A stretch of 42,080 bases of DNA from Candidatus Heimdallarchaeota archaeon (GTDB lineage Archaea; Asgardarchaeota; Heimdallarchaeia; Heimdallarchaeales; Heimdallarchaeaceae), in assembly GCA_021399345.1 (NCBI GenBank), contig JAAFKI010000150.1, positions 1 to 42,080 of the forward strand. Direction: 5' to 3'. The notes beneath the pieces are model-generated. The model was given only the letters and a program-made list of their open reading frames with translations. It had not been told where the DNA came from and made no database searches. Positions 19,066-27,944 of the stretch are shown piece by piece. The first letter of the stretch is position 1; every line of letters starts with the position of its first letter. A program made the translations under genes and the position numbers.

Positions 19066-21375
19066 GTGGAAATGATTTGTTTGAATCTCGTAAACGAGTA
19101 TTTCCTACATCAAGTTGAAACAGATATACAAGTGATACAAGAGAAATTAGACAAATCCTTAGTATCCAATGGTAGAAAAAAGACAGGTAGTTATTATACT
19201 CCCGATTTTGTTGCACAATACATAGTTGAAAAAGCCATCTCTCAATCTCTCCTAAACAAACTTAACAAATTGGTGTCTAAGAGACTATTCAAAGATTTTA
19301 ATGAGTTAAAACGTAAACAAGATTCTGCAATATTTTCTATTCTGTTTAACAAAATATTACCCAATTTCACAATTTGCGATATTGCGATGGGTTGGGGGGT
19401 TTTTCTTCTACACAGCTTCGATTATCTTTTTTCACTATACAAAACTACTTTTTCAGTTCTGGAAGATGAAATTCAAAGAAACTCTTCTTTAGAAGATTTC
19501 ACAGAAAGAGATATTGAGAAATTCATAATAGATTCAATTATTTCCAATAATCTTTATGGGACAGATTTGTCATCAGTTTCAACTGAATTGGCAAAGCTAA
19601 AATTCGCTGAAAAAGCTCTTAAGCTTCTGAAAGAAAAGCAAATCATTCTACCTATTTTTAATTTCAGAGTAGGAAACAGCTTAATTGGCCTTCCTTTTGA
19701 GCAAAGAACAGAGAATTGTTCTAGTTTCTCAAATTATAGAAAATCGGTTCTTAATGGAATTCCCTCTAGTAACAGAGAAGAAGTAAATATGTGGTTGGGA
19801 AATGAAACCCAATTAAATTGGAATCACATCTTTCCCGAAGTATCCAAGATGGGTGGTTTTGATGTAGTAATTGGAAATCCCCCTTATATCAACGTAAAAC
19901 GTATGAATCTTTCTGGAAGAAAAGCATATTCCAAACTTTATAGTACATATAATCCTAATGGGGATATATCTAATGTTTTTTGGGAAAGGGGTCTAGATCT
20001 ATGTAATTCCGAAGGCATAGTTTCCTTCATTACACCTAGGTACTGGCTTGAGGGCAATGACAGCAATAGATTGAGGAATCACATATTATTAAATTCTGAA
20101 ATACTTGAAATTATTGACTTTAGAAGTAATAGAACTCTTTTTTCATCAACTGAAAATAAATTGGGAGTAGATACCGCTATTGTTATCCTACGAAAATCTA
20201 AACCAAGAAACTTGCCATTTGATGTTTATTTTGCTCAAGATGATTCTTCAATACAATCTATCAATAAAGCCAGATTGAAACACACAGAAGTACGTCAGTC
20301 AAACCTTTCAGAAAAAAAATGGGTTTTTGAAATGGATCCTATTATAACCCAGATTAGTAAAAGAGCTGATTATCGTCTGGGAGATGATAAGAAATACGGG
20401 GATTTTTCAGGAATTTGTAAAATTGGTAAGGGATGTTCAACTGGAAATAATAGGATCTTTAAATTGAAACATATATCGGATTTAACATATGTGGGAGCAA
20501 ATAATCTAACAGTAAAATTGGAGAAGGAAGAAAAAAGCTGCTTAAAACATCTGATCAAGAATAGTGACATCTCTCCTTATCATTGGAGAATAAGAGATGA
20601 ATTTTGGATATTTCTAAAAGACAAGGATATAATAGATTACCCAAACATTAAGAAATATCTGCTTAATTTCAAAGGAACTCTTGAAAAAACACAGAAGAAG
20701 TATGGCCTGAAGAGTTTCTACGACTATGCTGCGTATAGATCTTTGAAATTAATTGAAAACATACCCAAAATTGTTTGTCCATATCAAGCAGATAGTAATA
20801 AATTTGCTTTGCTTGGTTCAGAATCTCCCCCTACGATTAATGAAACCGATGTCATTAGTTTGGTTATTCAAGACACTTTTACTAAAGAAATAGGGTGGTT
20901 TTATCTCTTGACGGTTCTAAATTCAGAACTACTTTCCCATTATAGTAGAATAATGAACAAAAAAGTATACAACCTGTACGATTTTAGAACAAACCAAATA
21001 TCAAATTTTCCTATTATGAAGTGTGAAGACAATTCAGTTTTTCGTGAAATTAGTACTGATTTAATTAATTTGTTGAAATTTTCTTTAGATTCTAAACAAA
21101 CCAAAAGTATGGTTCTTATCATGAGAAACATTCTCGATTTTCTTGTTTATGAGACATATTTCAGAGAATCTCTTTCAACCCAATTGCATGATACTATCAA
21201 AGAGAATTTGTTATTATTCCAAGTTAAAGAGGAGACGGAAGATAATTTTAAGGATCTAATACATTGTTGGGAAAAGAGAATTTTAGATGAAATCCAGCAA
21301 ATTGCTTCTTTTAAAGATGTTAAACAGATAAGAAAAACTCTAGGGATAGATTCGAACAAATTACCTTTCTTCTAG
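19066..21375 (+). CDS. N6-adenine DNA methyltransferase (Eco57I/TaqI-like) with C-terminal target-recognition domain
   Basis: RKKTGSYYTP, motif I variant ICDIAMGWGVFL, NLYGTD, GNSL, GGFDVVIGNPPY, IIDF, LLTVLNS. Confidence 0.9.
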   Translation: MEMICLNLVNEYFLHQVETDIQVIQEKLDKSLVSNGRKKTGSYYTPDFVAQYIVEKAISQSLLNKLNKLVSKRLFKDFNELKRKQDSAIFSILFNKILPNFTICDIAMGWGVFLLHSFDYLFSLYKTTFSVLEDEIQRNSSLEDFTERDIEKFIIDSIISNNLYGTDLSSVSTELAKLKFAEKALKLLKEKQIILPIFNFRVGNSLIGLPFEQRTENCSSFSNYRKSVLNGIPSSNREEVNMWLGNETQLNWNHIFPEVSKMGGFDVVIGNPPYINVKRMNLSGRKAYSKLYSTYNPNGDISNVFWERGLDLCNSEGIVSFITPRYWLEGNDSNRLRNHILLNSEILEIIDFRSNRTLFSSTENKLGVDTAIVILRKSKPRNLPFDVYFAQDDSSIQSINKARLKHTEVRQSNLSEKKWVFEMDPIITQISKRADYRLGDDKKYGDFSGICKIGKGCSTGNNRIFKLKHISDLTYVGANNLTVKLEKEEKSCLKHLIKNSDISPYHWRIRDEFWIFLKDKDIIDYPNIKKYLLNFKGTLEKTQKKYGLKSFYDYAAYRSLKLIENIPKIVCPYQADSNKFALLGSESPPTINETDVISLVIQDTFTKEIGWFYLLTVLNSELLSHYSRIMNKKVYNLYDFRTNQISNFPIMKCEDNSVFREISTDLINLLKFSLDSKQTKSMVLIMRNILDFLVYETYFRESLSTQLHDTIKENLLLFQVKEETEDNFKDLIHCWEKRILDEIQQIASFKDVKQIRKTLGIDSNKLPFF

Positions 21376-22272
21376 CCACTTCTTTGGTGTTGATAGTGTT
21401 ATTTTTCCAGTTTCTTGTAGTTTACTTATGAGATTCTCAAAGATTCGAACATTTTCTTGAATTTCCATTTTCGAAAGATATCTTCCTTGGGAGATATTAT
21501 ATGAAAAATGCCAAGAGTGAAGATTAATCGAAATATATGAATCATCATGTTGAGAGTTCTTAACAAGTTGAAGGTAATTACTTATGACATCTTCTTCTTT
21601 TCTTTTACCTTCGAACAAAGGCCAAAGATAAGTATACATACCTTTCATTATGCTTTGTTTTGGTGTTTTGATAACGGGGAATTCCATAAGGTTTCCATTT
21701 ATTTTATATGGTTTTATAGCAGCCTCAGCTTCTACATACAAAGAACTATCATACCTAATGTTTAGCTCATTTAATATGTCGAATGTATTAGCAGTGTTTT
21801 TCATATAAGGAGCTCTAAATCCATATACTTTCGTATCTAGAATAGATTCAATTTCCGCTTGTGCCCTCTTGATAATGTGTGTTTCCTCATCTCTGTTCAA
21901 ACTTACCCCTGTTTCTTCCCCTGTCAAATCTTCGTGATCAAAACCATGTACTCCATGCTCAAATATTTGCTTTTTAAGAAGAGATACATATTTTGAATTA
22001 GTTTCTTTTAATAGCTTCAAGCTTCTTGCTTCAAAATAAAAGGTTGACGGGAGGTTGAAGTCAGTTAAACAATTAATAAAGGGTTCAAAACAATCAAGTG
22101 TTCCCTTAAGAGAAGCTGATAATTTTGGGTCTTTGAGAATTTCCTTTGGTTGTTCTTTAAGCGGATAGCTAATAGCATGTTTACTATTTTTGATTGGTAG
22201 TGCATAATCCCTATCAAAGTCAATACATACAAAAATATAAACCAAGTAACACAACTCTCTAGTTTCATTCAA
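21361..22272 (-). CDS. Polysaccharide deacetylase family (NodB/CE4) protein
   Basis: IDFDRD, TFYFE, HGVHGFDHE, GFRAPY, YDSS, NLHSW. Confidence 0.85.
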   Translation of the reverse strand: MNETRELCYLVYIFVCIDFDRDYALPIKNSKHAISYPLKEQPKEILKDPKLSASLKGTLDCFEPFINCLTDFNLPSTFYFEARSLKLLKETNSKYVSLLKKQIFEHGVHGFDHEDLTGEETGVSLNRDEETHIIKRAQAEIESILDTKVYGFRAPYMKNTANTFDILNELNIRYDSSLYVEAEAAIKPYKINGNLMEFPVIKTPKQSIMKGMYTYLWPLFEGKRKEEDVISNYLQLVKNSQHDDSYISINLHSWHFSYNISQGRYLSKMEIQENVRIFENLISKLQETGKITLSTPKKWLEER

Positions 22273-22519
22273 TGCCTTGCAGAGCTAAAATTATTGTTTT
22301 TCCTCGAATTTCCACAATTCTACTATTTGTTATTTTAGATATGTTTTCTGCTATATCTTTTACAGATTCTGAAGGAACAACTTGTAAGCATTTTATCTTT
22401 ATTACCTTATCCCTTTTCAGTACATTCTTTATTTCCTGAATGATGTTTTCAGTAATTCCCTTTTTTCCTATACGCATTTTTGATGGTTCATGACGTATTT
22501 TGTTAATGGTGTTGTTCAT
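22265..22519 (-). CDS. YhbY/CRM-domain RNA-binding protein
   Basis: MRIGKKGI..., IKIKCL, IVEIRGKTIIL; likely start MNNTIN. Confidence 0.9.
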   Translation of the reverse strand: MNNTINKIRHEPSKMRIGKKGITENIIQEIKNVLKRDKVIKIKCLQVVPSESVKDIAENISKITNSRIVEIRGKTIILALQGIE

Positions 22520-22892
22520 TCTTAACCTCCTTATTTCTGTAGTAGGGTATTCTAGTATACTTGTTGCAGTGGTTACATTTGATAGCAATCACTCTGTTTG
22601 TAGATGAAAGTCTAACTCGGCTGTTAATTCCTGGATAAAGGAATGCTTTACAATGTTTACAGAATCGTTTTTTCCATTCTGGTGGGAATTTTATTCTAGT
22701 TTTCATTTGGATTTTACGTGCTTGTTTAGCAAATTGCTGGGCTTTTTCCATATCCTTTGAAATAATTTTATCTGCTTTTATGAGTAAAGAAACAATTTGT
22801 TCTTTGAAATCCTCTTGAGACAAAACCTGAAACTTTTTTCTTCGATTTTTTCTCTTCCTTGTACGTAGGTGAGGTGTTTTTTCATTAGACAT
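22503..22892 (-). CDS. rnp4: Ribonuclease P protein component 4 (Rpp21)
   Basis: ARKIQMK, RFCKHC..L.PG..SRVR, IKCNHC...RIPY zinc ribbon. Confidence 0.93.
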   Translation of the reverse strand: MSNEKTPHLRTRKRKNRRKKFQVLSQEDFKEQIVSLLIKADKIISKDMEKAQQFAKQARKIQMKTRIKFPPEWKKRFCKHCKAFLYPGINSRVRLSSTNRVIAIKCNHCNKYTRIPYYRNKEVKNEQHH

Positions 22893-22991
22893 GTTGTTTC
22901 TTCCTTATTGGATGAGAAAAAATTACTTTATCAACATTTCTTTTCATTTTATTTTTGAACTAATGTTAATTTGAAGAAAAAGGATTAATCT

Positions 22992-24113
22992 CTAAGGAGG
23001 TGGAGGAGGAATATTCTTGATTAGTTTTTTCATTTCTCTTTCAGAAACAACTTGACCATAGGGGAATATTGTACCTTGTTCCTTTGTGTTTCTTTCAGAA
23101 TCAAGTATAGATTCCCCTTCATTCTCCATTTCTTTTTGTTCCATTGCTAGGGCAATTGTTGGTTCTTTCTTAATTTTTTGATCAAGATTTATTTTCCTTC
23201 TCATAAAGATCGGTAATCTTACACTCTTCAAAAGAGGAAATAATCTATTTCTATTATAATGGGATATTTTCTTTTTGCGTATGGATTTCATTGTTTTTGT
23301 TCTTTTCTTTAAACCTGGTTTTATACAAGGTATAAATTTCTCAATTTTGAAATATGAATCCCAAGAAATCTGCATTTCTGACTTATTAGGTAATCCCAGA
23401 AGAAAGAGGATTTTACTGCGTTTTATTTCATTTAAGGAATGAAATCGTATCGAAAACACCATCTTTTCTTTATACTGTAGAGATATTATTCTCAATTGCT
23501 GTAAATAGTTTATACAATTTTCAAATTCTGTAGAACTATATGTCAATAAAATCCCTTTTTTGTGTTTCCCAGCTTTATTCTTTCCTTTCTTAAGAATTCT
23601 TGAACTTAGATTTAGATTACAATGTTCAAATGTTAGCAAATCTTGAAAATATCTTGTAAGTTGATTAGATTCTTCTCCTGAAAAAACTATAGAAGAGAAA
23701 ACCATGAATTTCTTTCCCATTTTGATAATTCGGGATTCTGATGTTTTCCGAATGGGAGAGAAATAGTTTTCTTGCAAGCTTTCAGCAATATTGTGGTGGT
23801 TTATTTGTGATATAACTAAAAATGGACTTACTGGGGTAATTTTTTGCATTTTATCTAAAAGATTTGATACTTCGCCTATTACTTCACCTACATTCTGTGC
23901 TGAAATGATCAAGTAGAGTTTCATTGATGTTTCAGTCATTTGAATAACGTAAGAATAACCAAAAGAATCAAAATAATTTGTTATTCTTCTTGAAAGTTGT
24001 GTGAGAACTCCTTCTTCCATCTTGGATAATGCAAAACCAATAACTGAAATTGCTTGATTATCAGATTCTAATGTAATAAAATCCTCTGTGTGGTGAATTT
24101 GAAATTTTGACAT
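22992..24113 (-). CDS. Hypothetical protein ending in PPPPP
   Basis: 373-aa uninterrupted ORF, co-oriented downstream of ftsZ; no recognised motif. Confidence 0.75.
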   Translation of the reverse strand: MSKFQIHHTEDFITLESDNQAISVIGFALSKMEEGVLTQLSRRITNYFDSFGYSYVIQMTETSMKLYLIISAQNVGEVIGEVSNLLDKMQKITPVSPFLVISQINHHNIAESLQENYFSPIRKTSESRIIKMGKKFMVFSSIVFSGEESNQLTRYFQDLLTFEHCNLNLSSRILKKGKNKAGKHKKGILLTYSSTEFENCINYLQQLRIISLQYKEKMVFSIRFHSLNEIKRSKILFLLGLPNKSEMQISWDSYFKIEKFIPCIKPGLKKRTKTMKSIRKKKISHYNRNRLFPLLKSVRLPIFMRRKINLDQKIKKEPTIALAMEQKEMENEGESILDSERNTKEQGTIFPYGQVVSEREMKKLIKNIPPPPP

Positions 24114-24179
24114 AGTATCTAATATTATATATAGAAAAGAGCATAAAAACCCAAAAATAATTTTGGGGGAAGAGTTTAC

Positions 24180-25343
24180 TTAATCTCTCCATAATGCTTC
24201 GATAGATATATCTTCAGTTTTAGTTAAGTACGAGGATTTTACCTCAGCAATTACCACGGTTACTGCTAGTTCATCATCTGGAATGACTTCATCAATATTA
24301 CAACCCCAAACAAATTCTGCTTTTGGATTTATTTGATCTGTAATCATAGTTGTAATGGTATCAACTTCAGTCATTGATATGTTCTTATTAGCCTTAATGT
24401 TAACAAGCGCACCTGTTGATGAATTAATATCTATATCAAGTAAGGGATTTGATAATGCATTAGTTATTGCTTGTATAGCTCGATTTTCACCTTTTCCATG
24501 TCCAACACCAATAACTGCAGGGCCGCTACGTCTCAATATCTTCTTGGTATCAGCAAAATCAACATTAACTCTTGCAGGGAGTACTATTAATTCAGTTAGA
24601 CCAACAACAGCATTAATCAGAACATCATCAGCCAGTTTAAATGCGTCCCAGAGTGTAAAATCTGGTGCATACATCAGTAGTTTTTCGTTTGGAACCACAA
24701 TAATAGTATTAGAGTGTTCATTTAGTTCATCCAAACCTTGCATAGCTGCATCCATTTTTGATTGTCCTTCTGATGCAAAAGGTAAAGTACAAACACTAAC
24801 AACTAAACATCCTTCATCTTGAGCAATTTTTGCAATATATGGTGCTGCTCCAGTTCCTGTACCTTTTCCTAGGCCACAAGCAACAAAAACAAGGTCATTT
24901 CCTCTAACTAATTCTCTCATGTCTTCTTCATTTTCTTCAGCTGCAGCTCGACCTATATTGGGATCATTACCTGCACCTGTTCCATTAGTTAATTCTCTGC
25001 CTAAAAGCAATTTTCGATCAGCTTGAGTACTTAGAAGATGTCTAGCATCTGTATTAACAGCTACAGTAGTTGCTCCAATAATTCCTCCACGTGTTACAAT
25101 ATTGTTAATGGCATTAGAACCTGCACCACCTACACCAATAGCTAGAATTCTATTTGTTTTGAGAACCTGTTGAATGTATGAATCAACAGAACTACTTAAA
25201 AAGCGGTCAGAAGAACCGGATTGATTCACCAATAATTTTTCAAGCTCTTTATCCATATCGTCACTATCGAATGTGTTTGGCTCTTTACGGTTAGAAACAT
25301 TATCATCTTCTTCATCAATATTAATAATATAATGTTCATCCAT
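24180..25343 (-). CDS. ftsZ: Cell division protein FtsZ
   Basis: GVGGAGSNA, AVNTD, G.GAG.DP..G, GLGKGTGTG, PF..EG, NEKL, NVDFAD. Confidence 0.96.
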   Translation of the reverse strand: MDEHYIINIDEEDDNVSNRKEPNTFDSDDMDKELEKLLVNQSGSSDRFLSSSVDSYIQQVLKTNRILAIGVGGAGSNAINNIVTRGGIIGATTVAVNTDARHLLSTQADRKLLLGRELTNGTGAGNDPNIGRAAAEENEEDMRELVRGNDLVFVACGLGKGTGTGAAPYIAKIAQDEGCLVVSVCTLPFASEGQSKMDAAMQGLDELNEHSNTIIVVPNEKLLMYAPDFTLWDAFKLADDVLINAVVGLTELIVLPARVNVDFADTKKILRRSGPAVIGVGHGKGENRAIQAITNALSNPLLDIDINSSTGALVNIKANKNISMTEVDTITTMITDQINPKAEFVWGCNIDEVIPDDELAVTVVIAEVKSSYLTKTEDISIEALWRD

Positions 25344-25453
25344 ATATTCTCAGAGAAGCTTTCGATAACTAACATAACAACGCAAATATGACCGAGAAGA
25401 CTCGTCAGTATTACATTTTTTTTGTTTATAAGAGTTATAAGAAAAAAATTAAA

Positions 25454-25528
25454 TGGTGCACGCGCCGGGATTCGAACCCGGGTTCCAGCCGTGGCAGGGC
25501 TGAGTCCTACCAACTAGACTACACGAGC
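25454..25528 (-). tRNA. tRNA-Gly(GCC)
   Basis: Reverse complement GCTCGTG...CAGCC-CTGCCAC-GGCTG...CCGGG-TTCGAAT-CCCGG-CGCGTGC-A-CCA. Confidence 0.95.
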
Positions 25529-25621
25529 ACGAGCAAGGTTGTATTTTAGAAGCAATATTTATCTTTTCTGTTTGATGATGATTAAAAACAATGTATCACG
25601 ATGTGTAATATGAAAAAGATT

Positions 25622-25695
25622 TGGTACGCTAACCGGGATTTGAACCCGGGTTCCCGCCTTGGAAGGGCGAAGTCCTGCCACTAGACTATTAGCGT
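25622..25695 (-). tRNA. tRNA-Gly(UCC)
   Basis: Reverse complement ACGCTAA...TCGCC-CTTCCAA-GGCGG...CCGGG-TTCAAAT-CCCGG-TTAGCGT-A-CCA. Confidence 0.95.
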
Positions 25696-25769
25696 ATTTT
25701 TGCTACTTTCATCTGTTCTATTTATATTTTTAATCTTTCTGTTCGTGAATTGATTTTTTTGCATCCTTT

Positions 25770-25797
25770 TGGTGAATCAATAATGGTGAATCAATAA
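25770..25797. repeat. Perfect 14-bp tandem duplication (TGGTGAATCAATAA)x2
   Basis: Read directly in the divergent tRNA-Gly/dinB intergenic region. Confidence 0.85.
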
Positions 25798-25858
25798 TTG
25801 TTTTAAATTGTCAGAATTTTAATTAGATAATTGCCACAATTTCTATGAGGTTTATGAT

Positions 25859-26368
25859 ATGTTGGAAGCTTTTCTTAAAAACGCAATTCTTAGACATCTG
25901 AAAGAGACAGAACTATATTTGAAGACTCTTCAGGAATTCAGTGTAGAATCCTTTGAAGATTTAGTGGATAAAAATGAAATAAAACCAGATAGTATACTAT
26001 TCAAAATCCCTGCAAAAGGCATCAGACCTTTAGGGGAAGTAATTTTACACATCATTCGTTCTTTAGAATATTATATGCGAGGGATAATGGATGATCATTG
26101 GGAAGCACTTCCATACAACCTTGTGGAATTGAATACAATTCCTGAAATTGTTAATCTTTACCAAAGCATAACAAAAAAGTTTAATGTATTTTTAGAAAAA
26201 CTTTCCGCGGATAAACTCAAAAAGGTTATAACCAATTTTAGTCGACCCGCATCTAAAGCAGAATTACTGCTGGAAATGATTGAGCATAGCATACATCATA
26301 GAGGACAAATCAGTGTGTATTTTAGATTGTTAAACATAGATCCCCCAATTATAAAATACATAATTTGA
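25859..26368 (+). CDS. DinB/YfiT family protein
   Basis: R.LGEVILHI, EHSIHHRGQISVYFRLL.I.PP. Confidence 0.9.
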   Translation: MLEAFLKNAILRHLKETELYLKTLQEFSVESFEDLVDKNEIKPDSILFKIPAKGIRPLGEVILHIIRSLEYYMRGIMDDHWEALPYNLVELNTIPEIVNLYQSITKKFNVFLEKLSADKLKKVITNFSRPASKAELLLEMIEHSIHHRGQISVYFRLLNIDPPIIKYII

Positions 26369-26378
26369 ATCTAATTCA

Positions 26379-26585
26379 TCATTTATGTATCATTAAGAAT
26401 TTCAATACTATACTATTAAATAAATCAGATTTTGTTTCATAGACATAATGATCAGCTTTTGGAATAATTGCAAGCTCAGCATTTGGAAATATTCCTCCAT
26501 GAAGGAGGATTAAAGGATGACCATTTCCCTTTTCTATATAGAACATATTTATGCCATTAACTTCAATATAGTTACCATCATAAAT
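26379..26585 (-). pseudogene. Alpha/beta-hydrolase remnant with in-frame deletion of the catalytic core
   Basis: Manual translation IYDGNYIEVNGINMFYIEKGNGHPLILLHGG|IFPNAELAIIPKADHYVYETKSDLFNSIVLKFLMIHK*: N- and C-terminal ends of the fold joined; no GxSxG. Confidence 0.85.
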
Positions 26586-26658
26586 TCAATTATGGTTTTT
26601 TATGCTATTGAAGATTATTAGAAAAAAGAAAAAAGAAAAAAAAGAAACTAGAAAAATC

Positions 26659-27927
26659 TTAATTGGGCCATTTCTCAAGAGATCTAGCAAGCTCTACATG
26701 TTCTTTAGCGTATTCTTCTAAAGAAATACCCTTTAGTGTAGCATCTAGTGCTTGTTTCATTGCCATTGCGCCTTTTACTGTACCGTCAGGATGTCCGTGA
26801 ATACCTCCTCCAGCTTGAATTATGAGGTTATTACCACCATGTTTTACCAAATTAGGTATTTTAGCTGGATAAAGACCACCGGATGCAACAGGAAAAGTTT
26901 GTTTAAATTCATACATGGGATTAAGCATAGCATCTTTAATTTGAAGCTCAAGATCTAACTCTGTATCCATTTTACCTTGGCCATAAGATCCTATGTGCAA
27001 TTGGTCACCACCAACCATACGTACTATCTTAGACACAGGTAACATGGATATACCATGTAATTGATTACGAGTGAAAGCTGCATGCATAGTTCTATGAACA
27101 TGAATAGGTAACTTCACACTTGGATCAGCTGCCATTTGAGCTAATTCTTGAAATCCTGTAAGAATAACATCTATCATCAAACATTTAGCTCCATTGTCGA
27201 TAGCTTCCTCTATCCTTCTCCACATGACATCATGTTTTGCAGTTACATTCACTGCATGGATTACAGTTCTTCCTGTTTCTTCTTTCACTTGATCCATCTT
27301 TTCTAATACAGCAACGGTTCTATCTGCTATGGGACAGAAAGGTTGGTTACTTAGATTTTCATCATCTTTGATAAAATCTACACCACCAATAGCAGCTTCA
27401 AAAGCTACTTGGGCCCATTCTTTTGCAGTTAATCCCATTTTTGGTTTAACTATTGTTCCTAAATGAGGACGATTTGGAAATTCACCTTTGTCAGTACCTA
27501 AGATTTTACGTACTCCTTGTACTCCAAATTTTGGTCCTGGAAAATTTTCTGCAACACTTCTGGGAAATTCTACATCAACCCATCGTATATTGCGAAGTGC
27601 TCCTAAACCAAATAGGTTACCAGCTAACATGGACAAAATGCTTGTAATTCCTGCTTCTGTATCAAAGGTTTCTGTTTTAAATCCAATTAATACTTCTCCG
27701 CTCTGATATCCTTCGTGATCACCAATAACCTTGGTATCCAGAATCTCAGCTCTTAATCTAGGAATAATGTCTATCTCTGTGTTTTCAATTGTAGTAAGTT
27801 TGGTCCATGTACCAACGCTTTCTTCATCACATATTTCTTCTGCAGCCACTTGGACTGACTTAACATGCTCGACATAATAGCGAGCAACTAGTAATTCTTT
27901 ATATTTATCTTTCATATTTGTCACCAA
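26659..27927 (-). CDS. rbcL: Ribulose-1,5-bisphosphate carboxylase, form III
   Basis: ESVGTWT, AGNLFG, GTIVKPK, GVDFIKDDE, HVHRTMH, loop 6 GKM, ASGG, QAGGGIHGHPDG. Confidence 0.94.
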   Translation of the reverse strand: MVTNMKDKYKELLVARYYVEHVKSVQVAAEEICDEESVGTWTKLTTIENTEIDIIPRLRAEILDTKVIGDHEGYQSGEVLIGFKTETFDTEAGITSILSMLAGNLFGLGALRNIRWVDVEFPRSVAENFPGPKFGVQGVRKILGTDKGEFPNRPHLGTIVKPKMGLTAKEWAQVAFEAAIGGVDFIKDDENLSNQPFCPIADRTVAVLEKMDQVKEETGRTVIHAVNVTAKHDVMWRRIEEAIDNGAKCLMIDVILTGFQELAQMAADPSVKLPIHVHRTMHAAFTRNQLHGISMLPVSKIVRMVGGDQLHIGSYGQGKMDTELDLELQIKDAMLNPMYEFKQTFPVASGGLYPAKIPNLVKHGGNNLIIQAGGGIHGHPDGTVKGAMAMKQALDATLKGISLEEYAKEHVELARSLEKWPN

Positions 27928-27944
27928 AATTAATCATAAATGTT

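Noticed and set aside
16954-21375. Second tRNA-integrated island from tRNA-Cys to the methyltransferase
   Set aside because: I found no duplicated tRNA-Cys 3' end or integrase, and the intervening genes look like host genes.
24355-24822. Long antisense ORFs (also 10268-10708, 14194-14526, 33833-34213, 36108-36446, 37977-38339)
   Set aside because: They mirror well-supported genes on the opposite strand and show typical antisense composition.
25226-25513. 95-aa ORF in the track
   Set aside because: It is a shadow frame running through tRNA-Gly(GCC) and the start of ftsZ.
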